DNA of 64,000 bases, from positions 36,678-100,677 of the forward strand of contig JBFIJL010000003.1 in NCBI GenBank assembly GCA_041600755.1, written 5' to 3'. Source of the stretch: Candidatus Saccharimonadales bacterium. Its GTDB lineage: Bacteria; Patescibacteriota; Saccharimonadia; Saccharimonadales; JAXHNE01. Under the pieces are notes generated by a model. The model saw only the letters and a list, made by a program, of their open reading frames with translations, was not told the DNA's origin and did no database searches. Both the position numbers and the translations under genes were made by a program. Below are positions 28,764 through 37,531 of the stretch, one piece after another. The stretch's first letter is position 1, and each line of letters opens with the position of its first letter.

Positions 28764-29177
28764 ATGCAAGAAGCTCTCACGAATTTCAAAGACCATCTAA
28801 AAAAACATGATTATTTTGCAACGAAGCCTCGAATTCAGCTTTTTAAAGTTTTATTGAGTCACCAGTCTATGAGCACCCAGGAGCTAATAGATTCGCTCCC
28901 AAAACAAGACAAGTCTAGTGTCTACCGAAACATTGATTTATTCGAGAAGCTTAGGATCGTCAAAAAAGTACAGCTAGGCTGGAAATATAAGTATGAGTTA
29001 AGCGAGCTGTTCCACGAACACCACCACCACCTAAGCTGTTTGAGCTGCGAAAAGGTAATTATCCTTGATGAAGATTTAATTATCGAACAAGAACTCTCTC
29101 GCCTAAGCTATCGCCATGACTTCAAGGCGCTTGAACACACCCTAGAAATCCGTGGACTTTGTCGCGACTGCAGCTAA
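28764..29177 (+). CDS. Fur-family metalloregulator (Fur/Zur/PerR/Nur type, subtype not resolvable)
   Basis: 137 aa. wHTH N-terminal domain, HEHHHH metal site and two CxxC pairs (CLSC...CRDC). Confidence 0.8.
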   Translation: MQEALTNFKDHLKKHDYFATKPRIQLFKVLLSHQSMSTQELIDSLPKQDKSSVYRNIDLFEKLRIVKKVQLGWKYKYELSELFHEHHHHLSCLSCEKVIILDEDLIIEQELSRLSYRHDFKALEHTLEIRGLCRDCS

Positions 29178-29307
29178 ATCATTGACCAACAAAATTCCAA
29201 TAAATAATTCCAATAAATAAATAGGACCCCAGGGCAAACCTAGGGTCAGTGGAAGCCTCACACTTCCATATATAGCTTATGTCTTTGAGCTGATTTTGGC
29301 AAGCTCT

Positions 29308-29871
29308 TTAGTCTTTTTTAGCGGGGTTATGCACAGCCCATAACAACCCTGCAAAAATCAGCATCAATGCAGAATAAAGCCCAATTTCTCCATACAGCTC
29401 AATCTTGTAGCCCTCGTTAAAATTCCATACAAAATAGGCAACAGCGGTTGCTACATATGCAGCAATACAGAATAACGCAGTGCCAAAAATAACCGTACGC
29501 CGCTTGAGCACACTGGCTACAATGATTGGTATGCCGTACAACATGACAGCTCGGCTAGCCATCCCACGTGTTTGATAGATCAACAATGAAGCGGCCACGA
29601 CATCAACTGCTATAAGCAAGCCCAGTAATCTATCGAAAAAAACAATCTTGTTTGTTGGGGTTCGGGCAAACATCCACACAGATGTAGCAACGATGAACAA
29701 CATGCCTACAATTAGCCATCGTTGGAGTACTGCTTGCGGCGCAATAAGCTGCCAAGCATCATAAATCATTATCTGTACGGCAAGCGCTGCTGCTAAATAA
29801 AAATGTACGCGTGCAATTCGAACAATCTGAATTTTAAGCATCTCAACGGTATTTTTAGGTTTAGTAGTCAT
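29308..29871 (-). CDS. hypothetical polytopic membrane protein
   Basis: 187 aa with about 6 hydrophobic helices. No motif recognised. Confidence 0.45.
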   Translation of the reverse strand: MTTKPKNTVEMLKIQIVRIARVHFYLAAALAVQIMIYDAWQLIAPQAVLQRWLIVGMLFIVATSVWMFARTPTNKIVFFDRLLGLLIAVDVVAASLLIYQTRGMASRAVMLYGIPIIVASVLKRRTVIFGTALFCIAAYVATAVAYFVWNFNEGYKIELYGEIGLYSALMLIFAGLLWAVHNPAKKD

Positions 29872-29982
29872 CTAGATATATTGAAGCATAACCCTTGTGT
29901 TTGCGTCAATTTGCCACGCGTCTGTTATCTGAGTCTAATGCGTAGCCACATGGTATACTTAATGGGTAAATCGGAGGCGTAA

Positions 29983-30474
29983 ATGAACAAAAAATCACTT
30001 CTTATTGGACTGTTCATTCTGTTTGTAGGATCGGCATTTGGCTACACGATACTAAAATCAACTAACGAAACGTCTGATCTGGACCAAACCCCCAATTACT
30101 CTTCAGATGAACCAGAAAAATCTGCCAATATCAAAACTGAGCCAGACGACTCCTCGTCCACATCAACACCTGGCGTTTACGCAGATTACAGTGATGAATC
30201 ACTAGCCAGCGCAACCGGAGAAACAGTTTTATTTTTCCACGCACCATGGTGCTCACAGTGTCGCGCAATAGAAGCTGACATCAAACAGCAAGGTGTACCC
30301 GATGGCTATACAATCTTGAAAGTAGACTACGACAGCAACCAGGCTCTACGTCAAAAATACGAAGTTCGACTGCAAACGACGTTCGTAAAGCTCGATGCAA
30401 ACAATGATGCCAAGTCGCTTTTTGTAGCCTACGAAGAACCAACATTTGACGCCGTAAAACGAGACTACCTTTAG
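29983..30474 (+). CDS. membrane-anchored extracytoplasmic thioredoxin-like protein
   Basis: N-terminal anchor helix, low-complexity linker and a thioredoxin fold with WCSQC. SD GGAGG. Followed 8 nt later by ccdA. Confidence 0.75.
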   Translation: MNKKSLLIGLFILFVGSAFGYTILKSTNETSDLDQTPNYSSDEPEKSANIKTEPDDSSSTSTPGVYADYSDESLASATGETVLFFHAPWCSQCRAIEADIKQQGVPDGYTILKVDYDSNQALRQKYEVRLQTTFVKLDANNDAKSLFVAYEEPTFDAVKRDYL

Positions 30475-30482
30475 GTAACTAA

Positions 30483-31211
30483 ATGGAGCTTTTTGTCGTT
30501 TCATTTGTTGCTGGCATTCTCACTGTTGCAGCACCATGCATTCTCCCGCTTTTGCCAATAATCATTGGCGGCTCGCTTGCTAAAGGCGATAGAGAAAAGA
30601 ATGATTACACACGCCCAATATTAATCTCGTTAAGTCTTGGTGTGTCGGTCGTCGTGTCAACGCTTTTACTAAAAGTAAGCACTTCTTTGCTTGGCGTTCC
30701 TGAGCAAGTCTGGGCACTTATATCTGGACTGCTAATTATAGCGCTAGGAATTAGCCTAGTTCAGCCACTTTTTTGGGCAAAGTTGTCTAGCAAGCTGCAT
30801 CTAGAAACTAATTCGCTTAAATTTCTTTCAAAAAGCGATAAACATAATGGGCGAACTGGTGATATATTGACCGGTCTTGCATTAGGCCCAGTGTTTAATA
30901 GCTGTAGCCCTACGTATCTTCTAATCGTTGCCGCAGTGCTGCCGATTTCCTTCTGGCAAGGTTTTGCTTACTTGATTGCTTACGCTGCTGGGCTAGCAAG
31001 CACGCTACTTATGATTTCGTTCTTTGGCCAATCGATAATAAAAAGACTAAATTGGCTAAACAACCTCGCAACATTACAAAAAGTAATTGGCGTTTTATTC
31101 GTAATCGTTGGTGTGGGTATCATTTTTAGACTCGACAAGAATTTCCAAAGTTACGTACTTGAGCGAGGCTGGTATGATCCAATCGCAAGACTAGAGGACT
31201 CCCTCAAGTAA
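30483..31211 (+). CDS. ccdA: cytochrome c biogenesis protein CcdA / DsbD-family thiol-disulfide electron transporter
   Basis: 242 aa, 6 TM. Conserved Cys-Pro motifs (AAPCILPLLP and NSCSPTYL) as in CcdA. Confidence 0.8.
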   Translation: MELFVVSFVAGILTVAAPCILPLLPIIIGGSLAKGDREKNDYTRPILISLSLGVSVVVSTLLLKVSTSLLGVPEQVWALISGLLIIALGISLVQPLFWAKLSSKLHLETNSLKFLSKSDKHNGRTGDILTGLALGPVFNSCSPTYLLIVAAVLPISFWQGFAYLIAYAAGLASTLLMISFFGQSIIKRLNWLNNLATLQKVIGVLFVIVGVGIIFRLDKNFQSYVLERGWYDPIARLEDSLK

Positions 31212-31290
31212 TTCTGCAATTTTCTGCTTGCTTTTTTTGGGGTTGTTACCTATATTCCAAGCAAGATAAGCTAAAAAATTGGAGATAGTA

Positions 31291-32679
31291 ATGTTTGGAT
31301 TTATTTCGCGCTTTGCCGAAGGCACTGCAGCAGTCGCTGAACACGCAGCTGAAGCAGCAAGCCACGGTGGTGTTGAGCACTTTGGTATCGTTTTCTTAAT
31401 GGTTGCCATCGTGTTGATTGCCGGCAAGCTCGGTAACTTTGTAGAAAAGTTTGGTCAACCTGGAGTTATTGGTGAGCTGCTCGCTGGTATCGTTTTGGCT
31501 GGAGTTGGTTATGCCGGCTGGGGATTGATCGGCGATATTGCTGGTAGCCAAGTTATCAGCTTCCTCGCAAGCTTTGGTGCCGTACTGCTTCTTTTCTCGA
31601 TAGGACTTGAGTCTAATGTACATGAAATGAAAAAGGTTGGACCCTCAGCTCTACTCGTTGCACTTATCGGAGTAATTGTCCCGTTTGTGCTTGGGTCGTT
31701 TGTGCTTGGTCCACTATTCTATGGCGACCAATCACTTAACGCCCGCCTCTTTCTTGGCGCATCATTAGTTGCTACAAGTGTGGGAATTACTGCCAGTGTG
31801 TTCCGATCTTTAAAGCTTACACGACGACGAGTTGCAAAAACCGTTCTTGGTGCTGCAGTTATTGACGACGTACTCGGTCTGATCGTACTTGCAGTGGTGT
31901 CGTCGCTGGCATCAGGTGGCTCAGTAACTGCATCAAGCGTGGCAATTATCGCAGCGAAATCATTTGGATTCTTGGGTGGTGCACTTATCGTGGGCACCAT
32001 ACTAGCTAAGCCGCTTTCAAAAGCCTTCAGTTTCATTACAACCGGAATTGGCATGAAAGTAACACTGGCGATTGGATTCGCACTTATTTTTGGATACATA
32101 GCTGAACTATTCGGTCTTGAACCAATTATTGGTGCCTTTGCTGCTGGACTGTTGCTAGAAGAAGTTCATTTTGATAGCTTTGATAAGCCAGAAATTGTCC
32201 ATGATCTTGAAACTCTAAAATACGACGACAAGCACGACAAAGAAAAGGTTAACGCTCTAATCCACAAACACAATCACGCTCATGTCGAGGATTTGATTGG
32301 TAGTATCAGCCATGTATTCGTGCCAATATTCTTCGTTTACACCGGACTTCAGGTGGATATTCAGTCCTTACTAAACGTCAACCTTTACTTAGTAGCTGCA
32401 ATAATTTCCGTTGTAGCAATCGCAGCCAAGTACGTTGCTGGCTTTGGAGCTAAAGGAACAAAGACCGAAAAGATGCTAGTTGGTGCTGCCATGGTGCCAC
32501 GTGGAGAAGTTGGATTAATCTTTGCAGCAACCGGTCGATCGCTTGGTGTTCTCAATGATGAAATGTTTTCAGTAATCATTTTGGTAGTTATCGCGACAAC
32601 CTTCATTGCTCCACCAATTATCGGCAAACTGGGCAAGCGACTAGTCGCCGAAGAGAAAGCAGCCAAGTCCGCTAAATAG
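31291..32679 (+). CDS. cation:proton antiporter (CPA2-like, Kef/NapA type)
   Basis: About 462 aa, 12-13 TM, Na+/H+ exchanger-type pattern. ATG at 31291 is preceded by GGAG. The track start at 31279 is TTG. Confidence 0.75.
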   Translation: MFGFISRFAEGTAAVAEHAAEAASHGGVEHFGIVFLMVAIVLIAGKLGNFVEKFGQPGVIGELLAGIVLAGVGYAGWGLIGDIAGSQVISFLASFGAVLLLFSIGLESNVHEMKKVGPSALLVALIGVIVPFVLGSFVLGPLFYGDQSLNARLFLGASLVATSVGITASVFRSLKLTRRRVAKTVLGAAVIDDVLGLIVLAVVSSLASGGSVTASSVAIIAAKSFGFLGGALIVGTILAKPLSKAFSFITTGIGMKVTLAIGFALIFGYIAELFGLEPIIGAFAAGLLLEEVHFDSFDKPEIVHDLETLKYDDKHDKEKVNALIHKHNHAHVEDLIGSISHVFVPIFFVYTGLQVDIQSLLNVNLYLVAAIISVVAIAAKYVAGFGAKGTKTEKMLVGAAMVPRGEVGLIFAATGRSLGVLNDEMFSVIILVVIATTFIAPPIIGKLGKRLVAEEKAAKSAK

Positions 32680-32688
32680 CGGGCACCC

Positions 32689-33660
32689 ATGAATATCCTG
32701 ACAGTCTTAATCGTTATTGTTCTTATTGGTATCTCTGCCCTGTGTTCCGGGTTAAACGTAGCGTTAATGTCGCTCGACCCAAGTGAATTGCGACGCAAAG
32801 CAAAAGGTGGAAACAAGCAAGCCAAGCGCATTCTGCCACACCGCCGAAATGTGCACATTAGCCTATCGAGCATCCTACTAACCAACGTTGCGGTAATATC
32901 AGCCACGTCACTTGTTTTAGAAAGTGCTATATCAGGATTGCTTGCTGGAATAATAAGTACTTTGCTGATCGTGCTGTTCGGCGAGGTGATTCCCCAGGCT
33001 TTGTTTACAAAGCACGCAATGCAGTTTATGTACTACTTTGCACCCTTGCTCAAAATTATGGTCATACTGACCTACCCTATTGCGAAGCCGCTTGAACTTC
33101 TTCTGGATAAGTTATTGGGTGGCAGTGAATCACAACGACTGCATTCCAGATTAGAGCTCGGTGTCATGATTGACGAACACCTTGAATATAATCACAGCGA
33201 ACTCGACGAAGACGAGGTCGAGATCATGCGTGGCGCTCTTAGTTTAAGCGAAAAGCGTGTACGTGACATCATGACACCCATCAAAAACACTTATTTTCTT
33301 CGTTCTGGAGCAAATCTGGATAATAAAACCATCGAGTCAATAAAGAACAGAGCGTATAGTAGAATTCCAATTTTATCCAAAAACAGAAGTGAGTGCGATG
33401 GGATTTTACTCATGAAAGAACTAATAGATATCAATTTTGTCGATCATGCCTACTCAGTCGACGACTTTACGCTTCATCAGACTAAGACTGTCGGCTCGCT
33501 GACTGCACTCGACACACTGTTCCGTAAATTTATCGCTAACAAATCACACCTCATGCCTGTCGAAAAAGATCACAAGATTATTGGCATCGTAACAATCGAA
33601 GACCTAATTGAAGAGATTATCGGACACGAAATTGAAGATGAAACCGACAGGCAGCGCTAA
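32689..33660 (+). CDS. CNNM/DUF21-CBS family transporter (hemolysin-like, lacks CorC C-domain)
   Basis: 323 aa. 4-TM DUF21 domain followed by a CBS pair (VRDIMTP...IGIVTIEDLIEEIIG). Confidence 0.8.
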   Translation: MNILTVLIVIVLIGISALCSGLNVALMSLDPSELRRKAKGGNKQAKRILPHRRNVHISLSSILLTNVAVISATSLVLESAISGLLAGIISTLLIVLFGEVIPQALFTKHAMQFMYYFAPLLKIMVILTYPIAKPLELLLDKLLGGSESQRLHSRLELGVMIDEHLEYNHSELDEDEVEIMRGALSLSEKRVRDIMTPIKNTYFLRSGANLDNKTIESIKNRAYSRIPILSKNRSECDGILLMKELIDINFVDHAYSVDDFTLHQTKTVGSLTALDTLFRKFIANKSHLMPVEKDHKIIGIVTIEDLIEEIIGHEIEDETDRQR

Positions 33661-33667
33661 ATAGTAT

Positions 33668-34597
33668 CTATAGCCACTTGCGATTTCTGAAGTACAAAAC
33701 AGTAAGCAATGAAGCACCAATAATGAGTGCTATCAACCCAGCGAAGGCGTTTGCGCTACCCGCAAAAGGCAATGCGACGTTCATGCCATAAATACCTGAC
33801 ACAACCGTTGGCACCATCAAGAATATCGATATCGAGGTTAATCGCTTGAAAGTTTTATTCAGCTCACTAGCAGCAATTGCATCATAAGACTCACGAATAG
33901 TTACAATTGTTTTTAATCTTGATTTAACCAACTCAATGGTTTCAGTGATGCTCAACGCTATGTCTTCTATTAGATCTTTGTCCTCTTCGAACAAACGCAT
34001 AAATTTACCGGTGAGCAATAGCCTCAATACGGCCGACTGCGGCTGTAGTGCCCCCAAGAATTCGTTTAAATCATCTTCAAGGACTACAAAATCAAACAGC
34101 GTGCGATGGCTCACCTTGGTCTCATGAAGCTGAGAACGCACTCGGAATATCTTGCGAGTAACGGAATTTAGGTAAGTTGTATAGGAGTAGTTTACGCTTT
34201 CCAGGATTTGCAGCAGTAGCTTTGTGCGCTGAGTGGTGATAATTCCCGATCCAGGCTGGCTTAATTTTTCAATTACTGCATTGTTTGCACGCGTTACGGT
34301 CAATAGTACTGTTGGCGTGTACACAATAAGCATCGGCTCGGTTGCGTTTATAACATCTACATTGGGATGATAGTATCGAACATACACATAAACCGCATTG
34401 CCGTCGCGCTCTGTACGAGGCGATTCATACTGGTCTATGCCGTCGGTGAGCAAATCGACATTAAGTCCATGCTTTGTTGCGCAGTCCTTAAGCTCCTCTT
34501 CTGATGGATCAATTAGCTGCTCCCACGCACCATTGCGAAAATCATCAATAAGCTCAAGTTGGCTGGATTTAGCGTTACTAAAATATACTTTTTGCAT
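33668..34597 (-). CDS. corA: CorA-family magnesium/cobalt transporter
   Basis: C-terminal two TM helices with the YGMNV (GMN) signature. ATG at 34597 (MQKVYF) preferred, giving 309 aa. Confidence 0.85.
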   Translation of the reverse strand: MQKVYFSNAKSSQLELIDDFRNGAWEQLIDPSEEELKDCATKHGLNVDLLTDGIDQYESPRTERDGNAVYVYVRYYHPNVDVINATEPMLIVYTPTVLLTVTRANNAVIEKLSQPGSGIITTQRTKLLLQILESVNYSYTTYLNSVTRKIFRVRSQLHETKVSHRTLFDFVVLEDDLNEFLGALQPQSAVLRLLLTGKFMRLFEEDKDLIEDIALSITETIELVKSRLKTIVTIRESYDAIAASELNKTFKRLTSISIFLMVPTVVSGIYGMNVALPFAGSANAFAGLIALIIGASLLTVLYFRNRKWL

Positions 34598-34744
34598 GTT
34601 TATTTGTCCTGTTCGTTGAATGAAGTGTAGCATGTCGCAATAACACCCGTCACTACCCCAATAGATTTACAGGGGATAATCTGCTACAATTTACACCGCT
34701 GAGCAACAGTCCAGCACACATTAACAACCTGAATTCAAATATAT

Positions 34745-34819
34745 TGGGATGTCGCCAAGTGGTAAGGCACTGGTTTCTGGTACCAGCATTCGGGGGTTCG
34801 AATCCCTCCATCCCAGCCA
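34745..34819 (+). tRNA. tRNA-Gln (anticodon CTG), CCA encoded
   Basis: Manual cloverleaf: acceptor TGGGATG/CATCCCA, D-arm GCC-AAGTGGTAA-GGC, anticodon stem CTGGT/ACCAG with loop TTCTGGT, T-arm GGGGG-TTCGAAT-CCCTC, discriminator G, CCA. Confidence 0.9.
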
Positions 34820-34827
34820 GTAAAAAC

Positions 34828-34854
34828 GCATCGACCTAGTGTCGGTGCTTTTTT
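34828..34854 (+). terminator. intrinsic terminator after tRNA-Gln
   Basis: 8-bp stem GCATCGAC/GTCGGTGC (one G-U pair), 5-nt loop, followed by T6. Confidence 0.6.
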
Positions 34855-34950
34855 ACTTCTTGAGAAGTTCCAACCCGCGAATGCCATTCGGGGTGAAAAA
34901 TGCCTGTGGCATTTTGCAAGCAAACCTACTCTTCAAAACTTGTTTTGAAA

Positions 34951-35000
34951 GATGTAGTTTCGGGCCTGCCAATGGTAGGTCGAATCCCTCCATCCAGCAA
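34951..35000 (+). other. degenerate tRNA-Gln-derived fragment (acceptor/D-loop fused to T-arm, no anticodon arm)
   Basis: 34980-34995 (TCGAATCCCTCCATCC) is 16/16 identical to tRNA-Gln 34798-34813. Upstream, GATGTAG...GCCAATGGTAGG resembles the tRNA 5' acceptor and D-loop. It cannot be folded as a full cloverleaf. Confidence 0.4.
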
Positions 35001-35009
35001 CGCAAGAAG

Positions 35010-35031
35010 CCCGCCGAAGGGTGGGATTTTT
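35010..35031 (+). terminator. intrinsic terminator closing the structured intergenic RNA
   Basis: Stem CCCGCC/GGTGGG (one G-U pair) with a GAAG tetraloop, followed by ATTTTT. Confidence 0.55.
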
Positions 35032-35134
35032 ACGTGGCTTTAATCAATTAAATTCTCGAGGTTACGACAATGTTGCAGTAGATAATTCGTATAAATTTTT
35101 TGAATTTAAGCATGCATCATTCGCAAAAAGGCGC

Positions 35135-35140
35135 TATAAT
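35135..35140 (+). promoter_or_regulatory. candidate -10 box (TATAAT) for the zinc-ribbon gene
   Basis: Perfect TATAAT lies 34 nt upstream of the ATG at 35174, and SD AGAGGGAG lies between them. No convincing -35 box. Confidence 0.35.
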
Positions 35141-35173
35141 GCGAAAAGTCATAAAATAAGAGGGAGAACTACA

Positions 35174-35365
35174 ATGGCAACAGGATACTGCGTAAAGTGC
35201 AAAGAAAAAGGTGTAGAACTAGCAGCACCAGCAATCCACCAAACTGCAAAAGGCGGCTTCATGGCCAAGGGTAAGCACGAAGCATGCGGCACAACTGTAT
35301 GTGCGATGATGTCTAAAGAAAATGCAGAAAAAGCAGTAGCAGACGGCGCAACAAAAGAATATTAA
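35174..35365 (+). CDS. small four-Cys zinc-ribbon protein (DUF5679-like)
   Basis: 63 aa, MATGYCVKCKEK...CGTTVC. Strong SD AGAGGGAG. The track ORF start at 35021 runs through a terminator and promoter and is rejected. Confidence 0.6.
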   Translation: MATGYCVKCKEKGVELAAPAIHQTAKGGFMAKGKHEACGTTVCAMMSKENAEKAVADGATKEY

Positions 35366-35397
35366 TTTCTTCTGTTAGCCTAACGGCTAGCGTCACC

Positions 35398-35437
35398 AAA
35401 AAGTGCATGGTGCCCTTAAAGTATCATGCACTTTTTT
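35398..35437. terminator. intrinsic terminator (A-tract / stem / T-tract, potentially bidirectional)
   Basis: AAAAAGTGCATG ... CATGCACTTTTTT: 7-bp GC core extended by A-T pairs, 15-nt loop, T6 tail. Lies after the zinc-ribbon gene. Confidence 0.5.
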
Positions 35438-35462
35438 ATTACTTAATATGCATTGGATGAGT

Positions 35463-36005
35463 ATGAAAATCACTTACTTTGTTCACTCAATTACGAAGGA
35501 CAACGAACTAGGATTAGCGACGGGTTGGCTCCAAGGCGAACTATCTGAAGAAGGCATTAGACGAGCTAAAGCGATCACTAAAGATGTATCTAGTAGGTCT
35601 TTTGATGCGGTGTTTTGTTCTGATTTAAAGCGAGCAATAGATTCAACTGAGCTATTCTTTGCAGGCAACTTTCCTGTTTTTCTAGATTGGCGACTGCGTG
35701 AATGCAACTACGGCAATCTTGATGGCACTCCAGCGAAAGACTTCAAGAAAAATAAAGAACAAGAGTATGTAAATACTCCCTTCCCTGGTGGTGAGTCGTA
35801 CAAAGATGTCGAGAAGCGTATCGGCTTATTTTTGCGTGACGCCGGCAATCTCTTTCCTGGCGGGCATATTGCAATCGTAGCCCATCAGGCACCTCAACTT
35901 GCTCTCGAGGTACTTTTGAACAGCAAAACCTGGGAACAGGCTATAGAACAAGATTGGCGAAAGACACAAGCCTGGCAAGCAGGCTGGGAATACGAAACAG
36001 CCTAA
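35463..36005 (+). CDS. histidine phosphatase (phosphoglycerate mutase-like) family protein
   Basis: 180 aa. Family layout (YFVHSITKDN...SDLKRA...RECNYG...IVAHQAP), but the RHG motif reads VHS. Start at ATG 35463, because the track start at 35403 lies inside the terminator. Confidence 0.65.
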   Translation: MKITYFVHSITKDNELGLATGWLQGELSEEGIRRAKAITKDVSSRSFDAVFCSDLKRAIDSTELFFAGNFPVFLDWRLRECNYGNLDGTPAKDFKKNKEQEYVNTPFPGGESYKDVEKRIGLFLRDAGNLFPGGHIAIVAHQAPQLALEVLLNSKTWEQAIEQDWRKTQAWQAGWEYETA

Positions 36006-36006
36006 A

Positions 36007-36993
36007 TTATTGCGAGGCGATCGCGGTGCGGGATGCATCTAACATGGCTAGCGTGCCCAGTCGGTACACCATTCGATCGGTGATTCCCATGGCAGCACCA
36101 ATAACCGTAACCGATTCGCCCACTGCATTCTGTACTTCTGCAGAGAACAACAAGCACAAACCTGCTTCATCTGTAAGCCCCGGCTTAATGCCTGTCACCC
36201 CGGGCTCTAGAATCAAGTTATTGTAATTTGGTACGGTTCCGGCGACGGCAATCGTTGCTTCTGGCTGGGCTACAATTTCTGCAATAACGCGTGATTGCAG
36301 GGCTTTTTGACCCACAACAATAAGCTCAGAGGGAGTGCTGACACTACCAGGATTAAAGCCGCTGGCATCTGCGAGTCTAGTTTTGGTAAGCCCGTAGCCA
36401 CTGAGCATTTCATTAGCAAAAGTTATAAAATCTTCTTGCGAGTCAAAATATCTATCTACGAGTGTATCTGCAATATTATTGGCCGACGGCAGCAACATCG
36501 CCTGAATTGCTTCGTACTGCGTCATCTGCAACCCGGCCGTTACTGGCGCCACCGTTCCTAGAACCGCCACGTAATCGTGATAGTACTGCTCGTCCTGCAG
36601 GCTAAGGGTAATAGTGTCGCCCTGGCTGCCTTCGGGTATTGGTGCTTTGTCGAGTATTGCCAGTGCAGTGACGACCTTTGTGATGCTCGCCATTGGTGCG
36701 CTTTGTTCATCTTCTTGACTGGAATTCAACACGCCAGCCTCTAATGTGCCAATCGCTGAAAACCCTTCACTTGGAAATGTGACAGACGATAAATCATAGC
36801 TTCTACCTGGCACTACTTCCGCGTCTATGCGTAGATCAGTCTCTGCCGAGGCATTGGTTGAGTCATTTGGCTGTGTGCCCTTATTAAAGTACACCATGAA
36901 TCCAGACAATGTAGTCGCAACGATCAGGGTTAGAACAAAATAGCGTTTTCGCTTCAGTTGCGTTTGATTGTGTGCGTAATATACGTGTCTCAT
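36007..36993 (-). CDS. D-alanyl-D-alanine carboxypeptidase (S11, PBP5-like)
   Basis: N-terminal anchor. SxxK (ASITK), SxN (PSANN) and a KTG-like KPG(LT) motif in PBP5 order. Confidence 0.8.
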   Translation of the reverse strand: MRHVYYAHNQTQLKRKRYFVLTLIVATTLSGFMVYFNKGTQPNDSTNASAETDLRIDAEVVPGRSYDLSSVTFPSEGFSAIGTLEAGVLNSSQEDEQSAPMASITKVVTALAILDKAPIPEGSQGDTITLSLQDEQYYHDYVAVLGTVAPVTAGLQMTQYEAIQAMLLPSANNIADTLVDRYFDSQEDFITFANEMLSGYGLTKTRLADASGFNPGSVSTPSELIVVGQKALQSRVIAEIVAQPEATIAVAGTVPNYNNLILEPGVTGIKPGLTDEAGLCLLFSAEVQNAVGESVTVIGAAMGITDRMVYRLGTLAMLDASRTAIASQ

Positions 36994-37078
36994 AACCGAT
37001 TAAGTATAGCAATATCACGCCATATTGATGCCTACTAAATTGAAAAATGAATAACGCTGTTTGCTATACTGATAACTC

Positions 37079-37486
37079 ATGACCCACCAAGACATAAACG
37101 CATCAGATGACCAGTTTTCGGCACTGATTGGCAAGGCACTGGATGAGCTGCCTGAAGAGTTTGTTAGTAAACTTGATAACGTCGTTATTACCTATGAAGA
37201 CAATCCCTCACTTGACCAGCGCAAGAAACTGCGACTTCGTTGCGATCAGTCTCTATTTGGCCTTTACGAAGGAATTCCGCTCACCAAGCGCAATGCTGCA
37301 TATAATCTAGTACTGCCGGATAAAATTACCTTGTTTAAGACGCCCCTGCTCAGAACAAGTAGTGATGAGCAGTCCTTTTTCAAAAATATCAAACACACTC
37401 TATGGCACGAAATCGCACATTACTTTGGACTTGACCACGATCAAATACATGCAATCGAAGCACGCTGGACCAGCCCAAAACCCTAA
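37079..37486 (+). CDS. small zincin metallopeptidase-family protein (DUF1025-like)
   Basis: 135 aa. HEIAHYFG(L)D HExxH-type motif near the C-terminus. TGcTATACT box 8 nt upstream of the ATG. Confidence 0.7.
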   Translation: MTHQDINASDDQFSALIGKALDELPEEFVSKLDNVVITYEDNPSLDQRKKLRLRCDQSLFGLYEGIPLTKRNAAYNLVLPDKITLFKTPLLRTSSDEQSFFKNIKHTLWHEIAHYFGLDHDQIHAIEARWTSPKP

Positions 37487-37531
37487 GCAGCTTGGCCCCT
37501 GATATTTATCTATGGCATAATAAACTCAAGC

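Noticed and set aside
29193-29218. Perfect 13-bp tandem duplication AATTCCAATAAAT x2 in the fur 3' intergenic region
   Set aside because: It is AT-rich, non-coding and sits next to two ordinary terminator-like hairpins. It is most simply a replication-slippage product with no evident function.
34735-35051. Track ORFs 34735-34923 (-) and 34839-35051 (+)
   Set aside because: They run through tRNA-Gln, two intrinsic terminators and the tRNA-like fragment. They have no SD and no plausible protein features.
35021-35173. N-terminal 51-aa extension of the zinc-ribbon ORF
   Set aside because: It runs through a terminator T-tract and a TATAAT box. The internal ATG at 35174 has a strong SD.
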